From NCBI RefSeq assembly GCF_009914755.1, contig NC_060935.1: a DNA stretch of 64,000 nucleotides; one strand, 5' to 3'. The position numbers and the translations under genes are program-made. Under the pieces are notes generated by a model. That model saw nothing but the letters and a program-made list of their open reading frames with translations, had not been told where the DNA came from and did no database searches. Shown in pieces: positions 29,178 to 43,120 of the stretch. Positions within the stretch are counted from its first letter, which is position 1; every line of letters starts with the position of its first letter. This DNA is from the human T2T-CHM13v2.0 reference genome, Homo sapiens.

Positions 29178-32100
29178 TCATGGACTATATATCTGCAACC
29201 CCAGTATGTGCCAGTCATTTTGCTGGAGGTACTGGGGAAGCACACATAGACGTGGCCCCAGCCCCCATGGAGTGCTCAGCCTGGTGGTAAGCAAGGAAAA
29301 AACAACAACAAGAAAACAAGACAATTTCCGCTCCTATAAGGGCAGTGAAAAGAAACAGGGCCACGTGGTAATGATTGCCTGGGGTTAGGAAGGCCACTTT
29401 ATATGGAGTGGCCCTTCAAGAAAGTCTGCTCTGAGGAGGTGACATTTGAGCTTTGATCTGAAGGCTGAAAAGGAACCAGCATTCAAAATGTTAGAGTAAG
29501 AGTTCCAGGCGGTGGGACCAACAAGTGCCAATATCCTAGGTGAACTGGGTTTGTTCAAGAAAGAGAAAGGTCCAGGGAGGCTAGAATAAAATGAGGGAGG
29601 AAATGGTGCAAGAGAAGTTGAGGAAATAGTTGGATTCTATAAGAAGTTGGATAGCTGGTCATTAAATCCTTCTCTTAGGGGATATGAACCTTTTCCCCAG
29701 CAGCTTCGGAGGAGGAAGCAGATGGATTTACTGCAGATGAGCCCTTTGGGTAAAGTGATTTATGTCTGATTTCTGACACTGGTTCTGTAGCATTATCAGT
29801 GTTTTCAAAGATGGTTATAATTTGTTCCTCTTTGAAATATCCTTTGAGATAACAGGAACTCTTGCTTTTTTCTCCTTGGCTCTGGCAGGACCCAAACAAA
29901 CTTATTTTGTTTTTGTAGGAAGGGGGAAAAGTGGGTCAGGCTGTTTTGTCATTTCGGGCATGGAGTCCTGGTTCTATTGCAGGGCCTTGTCTCCATGGAA
30001 ATGAAAAATAGTGTTTGTCATGCCTGTTCCTGGATTGAATTCCAAACTCTGGACTGAACAGAAGCTGCAGGAAAGCCAGGCAGCAGGGGGGAGTGGGATG
30101 GATGGAGACTCCAGCCATGGTGATGAAGGACCTCTTCTCCTTGCCTGAGCAGGAAAGGCAAACAACCTTTGCCCAGGTCCAGCTCTTCCTATCACCTCTC
30201 TGGACTGAGAACACCACTGGAAGGGTAACTGAAGTGCTACTTTTCTCTACTTCGCCAAAAACTTTCCGTGAACTTTGCCCTTATGTTAATTAGTCAATTA
30301 ATAAATTCATCAACAACCAAAGTCAGTGCTCAGACTTTCCCTTGTACCAAGTAATTCCTTCCAGGCTTGAGGAGATCCCTAATGAGACTATTTCTAGGTA
30401 TTAAATTAGTCAGCTGGCTGCAAATGTTTTGGATGGGCTGTCCCATCTTTAAATTTCTTTGTAAAAATTTTTTAAAGTTTTGGGTTTTTTTTTTAACTGA
30501 AATATTTATACAAGACAGGGAAGGAGGAATCAGTAAGTGGGGCTTGTTGCCCATAGGAAGTGCCCTGAATTATCTACACAGTATTTACAGAGATAGGGCA
30601 TGTGAGGGGCGGAGTGCAGAAGGAGGTAGGGGCATGGGCCGTGTGGACGCTGAGTGAATGTTCGGATGGCCCACAGTAGCTGGTTCATGAGCCTGGAGAA
30701 TTGTCAGGCTTCCATTTGTAAGGTGTCTCTACCAGTGGTCTGAACCTGGCAACAGTCCAGTTCCACCTTTGGTCCAAATTTTGGGCAGATCCTGTCCCTG
30801 AACACCTTGTACACTTCACCCAAGATCCCCATTTGGAAAGGCCTCCAGGAATCTCCACAATTTTCCCAAACGGAGGAGAGGGGACAAGAGGTTCATTTCT
30901 GTCAAGATGTTGCCCTTGCAGCGGGTAGGGAAGGCCCATTCTGTGTCAGATCTGCAGATGGCATTTGTAGGAACTGTGACAGGGAAGAAAGGCGTTAGCT
31001 TGGGAGCCCTTTCCCTTTCTGTCCCTTGCTGAAATGCAACCTCCTGCTAAATCTAGGCCGAAGTGTGGCACGCCTGGACCAGGCTGAGACTCTGCTTTAG
31101 TGTAAGTTTGGGAAGAGAACTTCTATGCTGTAGGGAAAAAAAAGCAACTCTTCTCAAAGCTGTTCTGGTCCCTTCTTTCAAACAGGTAATCACAGCTTGA
31201 TTTTCTCCCCTAGAAAGGGAACTGGACCCGGTGGCAGTTATCACCAGGCTTAGATGCCAGCGATAGGCACACAGAGAGCAGGTTCCATGCGTGGTCACAG
31301 GGAGCTTCTCTTAGAACAGTGCAGGTCTTATCCTTTTGAACCCCAGTCCCATCCAGCATCCTGAAAAGTGTGTGTGTGGGGAAGGGGAGGCACTGAGATT
31401 GGCACTGTTGGGCATCTGAGTCTGAGCTGTGAAGGGGAAGAACCATCCTGCTGTCTGTTAACTCCTTGGTGGACAGTCGTGTCATCTCTCTGGACCTTTT
31501 ATATTCATAGCAGTGAGAGGGTTGGACCTGAAAGGCCCTTTCAGCTCTTTCTCTGAACCAGTCAAATCTTCTGGGAACTTGGGACTGTGGGTTTATTTTC
31601 ATGAGTAAAAGGAGCTGAGACCAGGAACTTCAGGGGGTTATGACAAGGAGTGAAGCAAGCCTTACCAGGTCACTACTAGTGACTTGGTAGTTTGCTATCT
31701 AAGGAGGAGGATCCAAGGGGAATTGGGGGCCCTGCTGGTATTTGTGATTTGGGCTTTTCACTCCCCTCTACAAGGTTCTGGTTGGGTCTGCCCTTCCCAC
31801 CTGCCGTGACATGGGCACAGAATGTAGACTCTAGCAAGTGACTAGTGATAGTACAGAAAGAATAACCATCTTCATGGAGTCCTCGTAGACTCTGAATTTG
31901 GAACTGGTTTAGTGGGGCAGACCTGCAAATGGAGGCATTTGCAGGCAGCATGTAAATTTCATGCAAATGTTATACAAATACACCTGTGGCTCTCCTCTCT
32001 CAGCCACTTGAGCGTGTGCTATGGGAAAATTCGAAGGGGAGTTGGCTAATTTGTATGGATATTTGCAGTGGCATTATAAAGAACTGAGAAAGATTATTAA

Positions 32101-32770
32101 TGAAACTTTGGAATCAGCATGAGGATAGGACGTGTGTAACTGGATAACAGGGTAGTCTTCTCTTAGGAATTAGGGACTAGTCATCAGCGTTTACCCCATG
32201 CTACAAATGGCAAGGACAGAGGAGGTGCTTGTGATATGGCTGTGGGCCTTCGCGCCAATGGTAATTGTTAGGCTCCTACATCAAAAGATGATGTCCCATC
32301 GGGTTCTGCCTACACCTGATCGTCTCCATGTCAGATTCTTCCACATTAGCAATTCCTATGACAAGCTCAAATGATTTTACTATTCCAGCAGGTCCACCTA
32401 CCTGGTGGACACTGCACAGCTGTTATACCCGGAGTTGTAAACAGGTCTCTGTCACTTTTGGCAGATATGTCACTCACTCCTTGATACTTAAGAGATAGTT
32501 TCTTGGGAGCGTAGTGGTTCTCAAACTTCAGAGTGCTTCAGAATCAGCCGTGATACTTATTTTGAAATGCAGATTCCTGAGGCCATCCACTGGAAATTTT
32601 CATTTATTGGTGGGGGTGGTATCAGGTTAAGGCTGGGATTCTGCACGTTAAGGAAGCATCCTTTGTGTTCCTGGTTCCTACTGTGGGAAGTGAGACTTGG
32701 GAGCATCAACACCTCTGAGGAAAGTGGACAAAGATATTTACTCCACATTTTACAGAGAGGAACAAGAGTC

Positions 32771-33090
32771 TTTATTTTTTTTCTTTTCTTTTTTTTTTTT
32801 TTTTTTTTGAGATGGAGTCTTGCTGTGTCACCCAGGCTAGAGTGCAGTAGCACAATCTCAACTCCCTGAAACCTCCACCTCCTGGGTTCAACTGATTGTC
32901 TTGCCTAAGCCTCCTGAGTAGCTGGGATTACAGGTGTGCACCACCACGCCCAGCTTATTTTTGTATTTTCAGTAGAGATGGTGTTTCACCATGTTGGTCA
33001 GGCTGGTCTCAAACTCCTGATCTCAAGTGATCTGCCTGCCTCAGCCTCCCAAAATTCTGGGATTACAGGTGTGAGCCACGGCACCCAGCC
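32771..33090 (-). mobile_element. Alu (S-type)
   Basis: Antisense Alu flanked by CAAGAG(T/C)CTT. Confidence 0.9.
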
Positions 33091-35115
33091 AAGAGCCTTC
33101 TTAATAATACCAGCAGCTCAAAAATATTTATGGAGCGTACCAAGCACTGTGCTAAATATTTTACTTAGGTTATTTCATTTAACACAGTAGTCCTATGAGA
33201 TAGGTGTTTGTATCTCTCATTACCAGTGCTCCTGGCACTGAGATGATTACAGCCATACATTTGATCATCTAGGTCACTGTAGGGCTGGGCTTAGAAGAAA
33301 CAACGAAGTCAACACTTCATTGCAGTGTCCAGGTGTGGGGAGGGGGGCTGACAGTCTGACTGGGAATGCGCCAGGGCTGGGGCAGCCAGGCGCACTGCAG
33401 AGGGAAGCAGGAAGGAGCAGCTGCAGTCCAAGCAGGTGGAGGCACCGGGGGCCAGAGAGACAGGTACATATTTTGCAATATCTGGGGCAGAAATGATTTT
33501 CTCTGAAGGCAAACAAGTTAACTCAAGTGATGAACACCGGAACACCAACTAACTATTCTGCTCTACTCAGGATTCTGAAAAATGCACGGGTAGCTGATCA
33601 GGGAGCTGGCTTGCTGACAAGGTCTGCCTTGTGCCTGCAGGACCACAGTGGGGATAAGGATGAGGAAGAAAGCCAAGCAAAGTGGTGTAGCGGCCACCGT
33701 GTCTGCAGTGGGCGTGGGGGGTGAGGGTGGGGGCAGGGATGCCGCAGAGAGTCACTGAAGAAAGCCTGAAGAGAGTCCTCATCCTCTTTTTCTACTTCCC
33801 TTTTCTCAAGGACATCAGCTAGACCTAACTATAGGAGGTAGGATCAAACCATAGGTAGCATGAGATACTGTGATCAGACTTCAGGGAGCACTGTTTGCTA
33901 GCAAGGTAACCAGGGGAGGAGAGCAATAATAGTCTGTGTTGCAGGTCTTAAAAAGAGGGGAAATGGGGAAATGAATGAATGACCTCCGGGTCCCCTGCCA
34001 TGGCTTAAAGGTGGCTGGTGGGGGTCTTAGAAGACCTATTATGAATGAGAGCTGATGATTTCAGGAATCTCTAAAACATCAGCTTGAGCATGTTATACCT
34101 GGTGACTCATGGTTTCTGTCAATGTTCCATATATCCCATGCTATTTTATGCCTTTTCACCCTTGTTCATGCTGTCCGCCACCCCGAACATTCTCTTCTCT
34201 CCTACCATGCCCTCCTTGAACCCCGTACCCTTCACCTGGCTAACTCCAACACATTTTCTGAATCTAGCTCAAGTGCCACATCCTCAAGGCAGCATTTCTT
34301 GTTTTCCTTTATTCTCTTCTATCATCCCACCTACTGATTATATTAACACGGGAAGAATAGGCCTCTAGCTCTTCCTGACTGGAAATGTCCCAAGCACACA
34401 GATCCTTTCTCATTCACCAAAATGAACTTGAATGCCTCACATATGCCAGGTGGTCAGGAAATATTTGTGGAACTGAAGAGCCAGATCCAAAGTCATATCA
34501 CCTTGTCTAGGTACTTAACCCCCCTAGACTCAGGTTTCTTACATGTGAAGTTGAGAGCTGAATATACTAACTCTAAACTCTGGGAGGGAGTCTTAGTCCC
34601 ATAGCCCATCTAACACCAGTCTTCCTTCCATCCCTACAGCATATGTAAGGTCTTTTTTATTTTTAGCTCTTAAATCCCAAGATTTTGAAATATAATGCAA
34701 TCCTGTTATTAATAATAGTGGCAGGGTCAGATGAATGGCACATTATAAAGTTGGTTTGAAACTTTATGTTATGTTATGCATGTTAGGTGTTAGAAGATAC
34801 TCAGGAATTGGTTTTGTTTGCTCAGCAGGACATCCAAATCCATGGGATAATGGGTTAACTGGTAAGAGTTTCAGGACTCTAGCAAGTTTAGTGCTGACTT
34901 TGCTGAGTTAGAACTAGAACTGCAAACATTTCTTCTTTTGTAGAGAAGGATCAGAGTGGAGGTAGAGCACCGGGTGGGGACATGTAAGGGGTATATGTGG
35001 GCTTAGTCTGGAAGTGTAGATGTCCATCAGGTAATTGGAGGGAGAGAGAGAGAGAGAGAGAGATTGCTGAGACATGGAAGAGTGAGTGTGTATGGCAAAA
35101 GGATCTGCAGACAGA

Positions 35116-35574
35116 CCCCAATGGCTGAGGCAGAGGCGCAGGTAGGCCCCGATGGCTGGGGCAGAGGCGCAGGTAGGCCCCGATGGCTGGGGCAGGGGCG
35201 CAGGTAGGCCCCGATGGCTGGGGCAGGGGCACAGGTAGGCCCCGATGGCTGGGACAGGGGCGCAGGTAGACCCCGATGGCTGAGGCAGAGGCACAAAGAG
35301 GCCCCGATGGCTGGGGCAGGGGCGCAGGTAGACCCCGATAGCTGAGGCAGAGGCGCAGATAGGCCCCGATGGCTGGGGCAGAGGCCCAGGTAGGCCCCGA
35401 TGGCTGGGGCAGAGGCGCAGGTAGGCCCCGATGGCTGGGGCAGGGGCGCAGGTAGGCCCCGATGGCTGGGGCAGGGGCGCAGGTAGGGCCCGATGGCTGG
35501 GGCAGGGGCGCAGGTAGGCCCTGATGGCTGGGGCAGGAGCTCAGTTAGACCCCGATGGCTGAGGCAGAGGTGCA
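35116..35574. repeat. GC-rich minisatellite, 31-bp unit CCCCGATGGCTGGGGCAG(A/G)GGCGCAGGTAGG, ~14.8 copies
   Basis: Directly visible tandem array with variant units. Confidence 0.95.
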
Positions 35575-37727
35575 CTGGAAATGTAGCCAGTGTTGGGGTT
35601 TTCAGAGGTAGGCTGAGTGAGATAATTGAGGAACATATAGTCTAGAGTTCAGGTTTTATTCCACAGAGGGTGGGAAATTATAGGGGTCTTTAATCATCAA
35701 AAAGGATGAAAAAAATGCCAAATCCTCTTTTTAGAAAGTTCACTTTGACAGGAAAAGAGAGAATGGATTGAAGCCTGGAGGCAGGAAGTTGATTCCTTCT
35801 TTCTTTGTACTCACCCAGCTACCCACTGTCTTTCCATCTGTGCCTCTTTCTGTCCACCGGGCAAACAAACACAATTGAATGCCTGCTTCCGAAAATGAGC
35901 TTGACAATCAGATAGGCCTGTGTTTGAAAGTTTGAAATCTTGCCCTGCCTCCCATCCATCTGTGTGACTTTGGGTGAATTATTTAATCTGTCAAGAATCC
36001 AAATATATCACCTGAAAAATGGGACTAATAATACTGTTCTTTGCAACTTCATGGGTTTGTTGGGGGGATTAAACGAAATAATATTTAATAAGTACTCGGT
36101 GCTGCACCAGGAGCTCATGAACACTCAATAATGTTTAGTTATTTTTATGAATATTAGCAGGTTGTAGGTACAGATTTGGGAGCCATCTTGATATTCGGAA
36201 TTGGTAAAGCCAAGGGTATGAAGACTGTCACTAGGATGGGATTCAGTTCAGCGGAAAACATGCCACTTACAGAGCCCTGCTGGGTCGTGTGGGGCGTGCA
36301 GAGGGCTGAGCCTCCAGGAGTTTGTAGGTCCTTCATACCAGGCTATGTGCTTTCAGTGCTTTAGTCAGCTCCAAGGTGGAGATTTAGAAAAGCTTTTTGG
36401 AGCAAGTGGGATTTGAAATGGGTCTTGAAGAATGAACAGAATTAAAAAAAAAAAAAAAAAGAAGAAAGAGCAGGACTCCAGCAGGGAGATGCAGAGGGCA
36501 AGGGCTCTTTAGGCTCAAGTAGTGCGTCGTATGGGAGTTTGGAGGCAGGAGAAAGAGCATGTATATTAAGGGAATTGGGGGAAAGTGTATAGGTGTGGAA
36601 TATGCAAGCCCTTTAAGAGCATATAAGGAGAGAAAAAGCATAGAGGTGTCATTTACTTTTAGCAGAGAACTTTAGATTCCATTTTGAGGATTTGGGACTT
36701 TAATGTGGGAGCTACTAGAACACAGTAAGATGTTGGGCTTGTATTTAGAAAGATTAATGACACAGCTGTGAGTGAGTAGGAAGAGGAAAAGGAGGCAGAG
36801 AAGACCACTCAACTGGCTATTTATTGGAAGAGGGTGAGCAGAATTCCTTGAACCTGAACTGGGGCCCTGGGGAAGGAAGGGAAGGATGAGGTAAAAAGCT
36901 TTGTAGAAATAGAATTGGTGGAATTCAGTGACTCATTTTTTAGTGGAGTGAGATGGAAGAGAGGGGTCTGCAGCCTGAGAAACCTGGTAATGAAACTGCC
37001 ATTGAGAATGGGCAGTCGTGGGAGGAGGTCTGGGAGGAAAGATGTCCAGCTCTGTGTTCAGTGTGGGGCACTCATGAGACATTGTCTGGAGGAAGCATCC
37101 ACCTGGCAGCAGGTTGTTGGGTCAGGCTAGCGACTGTGACCAGGGCCGGAAGCAGGTAGAGGAGTCTCTGCCTGGTTGAAGTTAGAGAAAGCTGGAGACG
37201 GCCAGGGAGGTGACAGACTCACCTTTAGGGAAGGATTAATTGCAGGCTGGGTAGCAAGAGTTGAGACAGTAGTTGAGACCGGCAGAGGAGTAGAAGAGAG
37301 GTGCTTGTCATCAGGGAGAAGTTTCCAAGAACAGCACAGATGATCAACAGCCTTAAGAGCACAGAGAGATGGTATAAGTTGTTTATTGGCTGATGTGTTG
37401 AAGGCAGCATTTTAGGTGTGTAGATCTTTGCATGGTGTGTGTAGAGTGGGCTAAAGTGGGACTGCTGGGCGGTGAGGAGTTCTCATGCTTTGATCATTTC
37501 ATGTGAGATTCGTGTGGTTTTGGATAGTTGGAGTCAGTTCTCCTCTGGTTAGAGTGTGTTGCCAACCTCTTGCTTGAAGCCAGTTAGCAGGGATTCTGGG
37601 TTTGGGGAAGGATGAAGGAATCTCCTTTCCATTCCAGGGTCTGGAATTTGTGAGGAAATTACACAACGGCTGGGGGGCCATTGTGTCTGAGATAGGCATG
37701 TACTTGATTGTCATCCTTTTTCTAGTT

Positions 37728-37850
37728 CTTTTTGAGACAGGATCTCATCATGTTGCCCGGGCTGGTCTCAAACTCGTGGTCTCAAATGATCCTCCTGCCT
37801 CAGTCTCCCAAGTAGCTGGGATTACAGCTCATGCCACCACTCCCAACTTC
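37728..37850 (-). mobile_element. Alu monomer (FLAM-like)
   Basis: Single antisense arm. Confidence 0.75.
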
Positions 37851-39733
37851 TCTAGTTATTTTTTGAGCAAACTATTATAGTTGGGACTAGAGGGTAGAGG
37901 TCCTCGTTGTTCTAGTAACATAATCCTAGAAGACAGTTTAAACCTTGGAATATGTGGTTACGGGCTTGAGTTGGCCCTAGAGCAAGGAGGCTCACCCCAG
38001 AAAGACGTGTGTTGGCACCTGCTCTCCACGCTTCCCCAGGGGTTGTGCACTCATGGATCTGCCTGCCACCAGCCCCACGGCCTGGCATCTCTAACCAAAG
38101 TAAAGGAAGGTACCTTCCTTTCTCCAGAGTTTATGGTAGCAAACGAGTTTAGAGAGTAAGGATAAGGAATGGGTGGGGCAAAAACGGGAAGAGCCTCTTT
38201 TGAAAGAGGCATCTTGGGCCTCCCCCAATAACAATTATTGTTAGTATTAGAAATGAGATTTTAAATGCAAATTCTGTTTTAGGATGAAGTGGAACATTGG
38301 GCCTTGCTTTTCTCCATACATATTTGGGGCACATTTATCTTCCTTTTCTCTGGTCTCCTTTTTTTTTCTTTATCAGTTTCCTTCCAAAAGTTACCGCACT
38401 GCCTGCCCCCAGCTCCCCTCCTGCCCACACTCGCTGGTTTAGGCTCTTGGGATTTGTTGCCTTTCTCTCTGCTAAGGATGTCCAGGTGGAAGGTTTTGCT
38501 GAAAGGGGCATGGTTTTCATTGCAAATGGGGCCAATGGGACATCTGAGGTCACAGCTGCATCTTCATGCAAATGACAGTGTCCCCAGCCCTGCACCCCAC
38601 TCCCCGAGGGAAGGCTGGGATGCAGCCTGCAGGGGGGTCCAGGGTGTTCCTGAAGCCTGACCCAGCTGAGAGGCTGCTGAGCAGGTGGGCAGGACACCCC
38701 AGCAGCCCCGTGCAGGCTTTCCAATCTCACATTTCCTTTCCTTCCCATTTCTGCTGGCACTTTCTACTTAGCCTCTCCCTTTCTCCATCTCTTTCCTTTC
38801 TCCACTCTCGGAAGCAAAGCAAACATTCAACTGCATTCAGTTTCTCTCTCCCTTCTGTCTCTCATCTCTTCTTCTAGTCCATTGAAAACGGAAGTGAAAT
38901 ATCAAATAGTCAATATTTTATTTGCAGCTTATAAGCCTTGATGTAAGTGGATTTGGTCCTGTGGGAAGTACAAGGTACTTATTGGGAATAAATGTTGGGG
39001 TAAGGGAATATGGAATGTGAGAACTTCGGCTGTGTGCATCTTTACCCTGGGCAGAGGAAGCAGGAACCCACATGGCTTCCTTACAAGGAAATAATATGGT
39101 GTGGGTGAGTTACAAATCAGAAGAGCTGCACTTTGTTTCTCTCAACAGTGGGCATTTAGCTTCCCTCTGTCAGGCACTGGTCTTCATTTTTTAACATAGG
39201 GATTATGGTACTTGCCATTACTCCCTTGGTGGAATGTTTTAAGAAATAATGCGTATGTGAAGGCTGTGAAAAATAGGATTGTAATTGTTATTTTCATGAA
39301 CAAAAATATCTGAACAAAATATAGAAGCTTTGCATTTGCAGTATGTATAAAATGAGCTGATTGTATTGGATGGTCTCCAGTGAGCCTTTCAGGTATTAAA
39401 TTCTATATGCCCCAGACAATTTTTGGCATATAATAGGGGCTCAAACAATAACAGGTTGGACGGACGGATGGACGGATGCATGTCTAGATGTCGATTGCCC
39501 GTTGGCTCGTGCGTCTGTGTCCACATGGGCACTGCTGCCCTCCCGTGGCCAACGGCAGTATTACGGTGCGGCAAGCCGCAGCCTGGGCCCCTCTCTCCCG
39601 GTTTCTCCCCAGCCCCTCACCTGGCTCCCTGAGCTGGCTCCTTTGGGCTTGTCCTTGGCCTCGATCACTGACTGCCTGCCTTTCCTCCTCCTTCTCTTTC
39701 CACCCCGCTCCCTCTCTCCATCTGCCGCTGCAG

Positions 39734-39944
39734 CACTGCCAGTAACTCCAACCGCAGCACGCCGGCCTGCTCGCCCATCCTCCGGAAGCGGTCTCGCTCG
39801 CCAACCCCGCAGAACCAGGACGGAGACACCATGGTGGAGAAGGGCTCAGATCACTCCTCGGACAAGTCCCCGTCCACACCGGAGCAGGGCGTGCAGCGCA
39901 GCTGCTCCTCCCAGTCCGGCCGGAGCGGCGGCAAGAATTCCAAG
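39734..39944 (+). CDS. GRAMD1B: GRAMD1B shared coding exon, 211 nt, phase 2 to phase 0: (x)TASNSNRSTPACSPILRKRSRSPTPQNQDGDTMVEKGSDHSSDKSPSTPEQGVQRSCSSQSGRSGGKNSK
   Basis: Pyrimidine tract plus CAG acceptor at 39731-39733 and AAG|GTGAGC donor at 39945. The translation matches the Aster-B N-terminal Ser-rich region as I recall it. The internal ATG at 39831 (accATGG, strong Kozak) can start an MVEKG... isoform. Confidence 0.95.
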
Positions 39945-40776
39945 GTGAGCGGGACCCCGTTGAGGCGGTACCTCCTTGTCAGGGGCTGCGGGGAGCGATA
40001 TTGGGGTGGTGAGCCGGAGAACATCTGCGAGGGTCCTCACGTGATGAACAGCCCTGATGGCTCAGAGACAGTCATTATCCAGTGAGGTGAGGCGGGGCAG
40101 GCAGGAGAGACCCTAGTTAAATATCTTCCCCGCTAAGCATTCTTGGTGGGCTGGGCGAGGTAGGGAGGCTCATATTTTTTTTTTTTAGATTTGGAGGGGA
40201 GACGCTCTGGGAATCATTAGGGGGTCATCTGCTTATTCCTGCTACCGTTTTCAAATTTGGTTCCTAGAGCCGGGGTAGAAGGCAACATTATTTGGGACAT
40301 TATACTGCTAGGGAGAGTCCTCAGGGAACCTTGCAGAATGCTATTTTTAACCTCCTCCCCGGCCATCCTTCCTGCCTTACCTTTGCACTAATCCACTTGG
40401 TACTCACCTGGCAGAGAGGAGGGTGGCAGGGCCTTTCCATCCTCCCAAGGATGTCAGGACTGCCCCCTGAGTACCGGGGCCCTTGGCCCATGGATATGCC
40501 TAAAATAGGCCCCAGGGGGGCCTGGGCTAATTATGGTTCCCCAGAGATGTCTTCCCCACCCTCGGTCCTTTGGGGAGCAGGAGATGTCTTTGCCCAGGGT
40601 CTCCTTCAGGAAACTTCTCTTCACCCTGGGACCCCCAGGGCCTGGGAAGGGGTTGGGGACCCCTGGGAGGCATGGGAGCTGGCTTCCCACTTGAATTTGT
40701 CTTTTGATTTCTTGTTCTTCCTCTCCTCTTCTTCCCCACCATTTCCCAAATACCTTCTTTGCATGCATGGTCTTAG

Positions 40777-40797
40777 TCTCACAAGCGCCTCTCAAAA
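40777..40797 (+). CDS. GRAMD1B: GRAMD1B alternative 21-nt microexon, SHKRLSK (phase 0/0)
   Basis: ttctttgcatgcatggtcttAG|TCT CAC AAG CGC CTC TCA AAA|GTAAGC. It is frame-preserving and matches a 7-aa insert I recall from a longer GRAMD1B isoform. Confidence 0.8.
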
Positions 40798-43085
40798 GTA
40801 AGCCATCTTTTGTCTCTGTCCTTTTATCTCCCCTCTAGTGTCGATCTGTCTGTAGTGCTCAGCACCCCCTCCCTCTGGCCCTGCCGATTCTGGCCCTTAT
40901 ATCCTGCTTGGTCCCTTTCCCAGAAGGGCCGGCCCCACTGTCCCCCGGCAGGCTGGCTTGGAAGTCATTGAAGGCCCATTTTCACTGCACCTGATGTCGG
41001 AGAACAGACCCTCCCCCACTCCCGACCCTGCACCCATGTCTGCCTGCTCCCTGGACACTGCCTCTGGCTGGGAGTTTATTCCCTCCTTACATGGTGCGGT
41101 CGAGAAACAGAGCCCTGCCTGGCGTTAGTTTCATTCCTTTGGGGCAGGAGACCCCATCTGGTTGTACTCCAGGCCCCTCCCCTTTGGTGGTTGATTCTGG
41201 ATTGCCCAGCAGTGGTGAGTGAGGATGGCAGGAGGGCTGCGCTGACTGGGGGGCAGGGGTTCAGGTCGATGAGTTCATTGGTGCAGCAGCCACGCCCTCA
41301 GGAGCTCTGCCTGCGTACTCTGTTCCTCCCCACTCGAGAGCTGCTCAACCTGGGCACCCCTTAGCATTTCTAACCACTGCCCAGACTGGGGTTCATGGTG
41401 TGCTTAGGATCCTGAATCATGATCAGAGGGGAAAGCTGTTCTCCCAGAGGGTGGGGTGCCCATGCCTGGAGGTTGGCAAACATTGGCAGAACCTGGAGAG
41501 ATGTGGCCAGTGCCAGAGTCTTTCCCGGGAGCCCAGGAATTCTGAGGCCACAGGAGAACGTGCAGCGAGTGGAGGGTGAGCGATAGGTGTTGTGGAACAA
41601 CAAGGCCCATGGGGCAAGGAGGTGGGATGCAGCCCGAAGAAGGGGAAGCCGAGGATGACTTAATAATAGTCCCAAGTCTCTCCGTGCTTTGGGGAGGAGG
41701 AGGGTGAACAGCTGTTCCCTTTCCTAAGGGAAGCACAAGGGGCGACACGGCTAATCCTGTAGTCTGTGATCTTTAGACTAAATGCACATCTTGGCTGTGA
41801 GGATTTTAAATGGCCGTTCCTGGCTGTGGACAGGGAAGGAGGAACTTTACCTGGAGCGAGGAAGCCAGCAGGAGATCTCTGTGGGCTCCAGCGGCTCGGC
41901 AGGTGCAGGCATATCTGATATCTGGGAATGGGGTTTTGAAATGCCCTGTGGCAGCCCCCTCTTGAGTGCCTCCCACCTCTGGCCTGGTTGATGTGGGACT
42001 AGTGGGTGCTCGAGGCTCAGCTGGCAAGAGGGTGGATATGGCCTGACAGGGGCATCAGGCTCCCCACTCCCTGCTCCTGCACACTTTTCCATCCAGATTC
42101 TGTACACCCTAAGCCTGGCTCTTGAGTAGTTGGGGATGTTCTGTAAGCTCCGAGGTAGGATAAATCATTTGAGTGGGGCAGCCAGGACAGGCGTCAGGGA
42201 CCAGGTAGAATTCTGAGTGGGGTTTTGGAGATGCTAAAAGGAGACATAATGAAGGGACTGAGAGCTGAGCAGGAATCAGGGGCCAAACTGGGCCTTTTCA
42301 TAGGAACTGAGGAGGGAGGTGCTGGGGTGAGTGCAGGTCTCCTTTCCCCTGGGAGATTGGGTGGACGCCATGCCCATCCCTGGCAGACACATTCTGAGTT
42401 TTCTGACATTGGTTACCCACTTCCCCACCTCATTCTCCCACTGATCATTGCCATCGACACTTGCCCTGCCATCCTTTCAATGGAGTTAAAAGAGGACGGG
42501 CTTGTGCCAGGAGGGACACTGTAGCATCCCACGTGGAGCTGGGAGCCATTGCATTGGCCTGGGACGTGCATGTGCAGGACACACAGACTTCAGAAGAGGA
42601 ACACAAGAACCAGTAGGGGAATTAGGTTCTTTGAAGGCCAGGGCCTGAAGTAGATGGTGCGGCAAAAAGAGGAGGTTCTGGTAGCGGGATGGGGACATGC
42701 CCCTCCCCGTGGAACATCTTCTGGGGTTAATCACATGTCTTCCCAGCAAGCCATTTCATAGCTGTTTTTACTGATATTGTTGTAGCTGGTCCACCTCACT
42801 CCCTGTCTCCTGGCCACCCCTAGAGGACACCATGCCTTATATTTTTTGGGCAAGCTGGCCAGTGCCTCTGCTTCTCCCTGGGGTCAGGTCCCATGCACGG
42901 TGTCTTTCTTCCCTTCTCTGGGCCTCAGTTTCCTCATTTGCTACTATGTAGGCATGGCACCAGGTGATCGCTAAGGCCCGACCCCTCTGGATCCATCATT
43001 GTGCTGTCCAGGCCGACCCTCCTAGGTGCAGTCCGGCCCCAGCACTTCCCTCCCAATGAGTTTGTGCTACCGCCCAGCTTCCGCT

Positions 43086-43120
43086 CTGTAGTGACAGCCT
43101 GTGGCCACCAGAGGGAGCGA
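43086..43120 (+). promoter_or_regulatory. Candidate CTCF site with upstream motif
   Basis: Core TGGCCACCAGAGGGAGCGA at 43102-43120, preceded by CTGTAGTGAC, in a CpG-rich patch. Confidence 0.65.

Noticed and set aside
32392-32410. Short inverted repeat GTCCACC-tacct-GGTGGAC
   Set aside because: A 7-bp stem is expected by chance in 64 kb, and there is no ncRNA context.
33271-33286. DR4-like AGGTCA-ctgt-AGGGCT
   Set aside because: The second half-site is too degenerate to call an LXRE.
34914-35575. Repetitive Pro/Ala ORFs and a CRISPR-like 31-bp periodicity
   Set aside because: Head-to-tail tandem units with no unique spacers and no cas genes, in a eukaryotic intron; this is a minisatellite.
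39484-39948. Overlapping 131-148 aa ORFs around the shared exon
   Set aside because: Alternative frames of a GC-rich exon; the splice phases support only the GRAMD1B frame.
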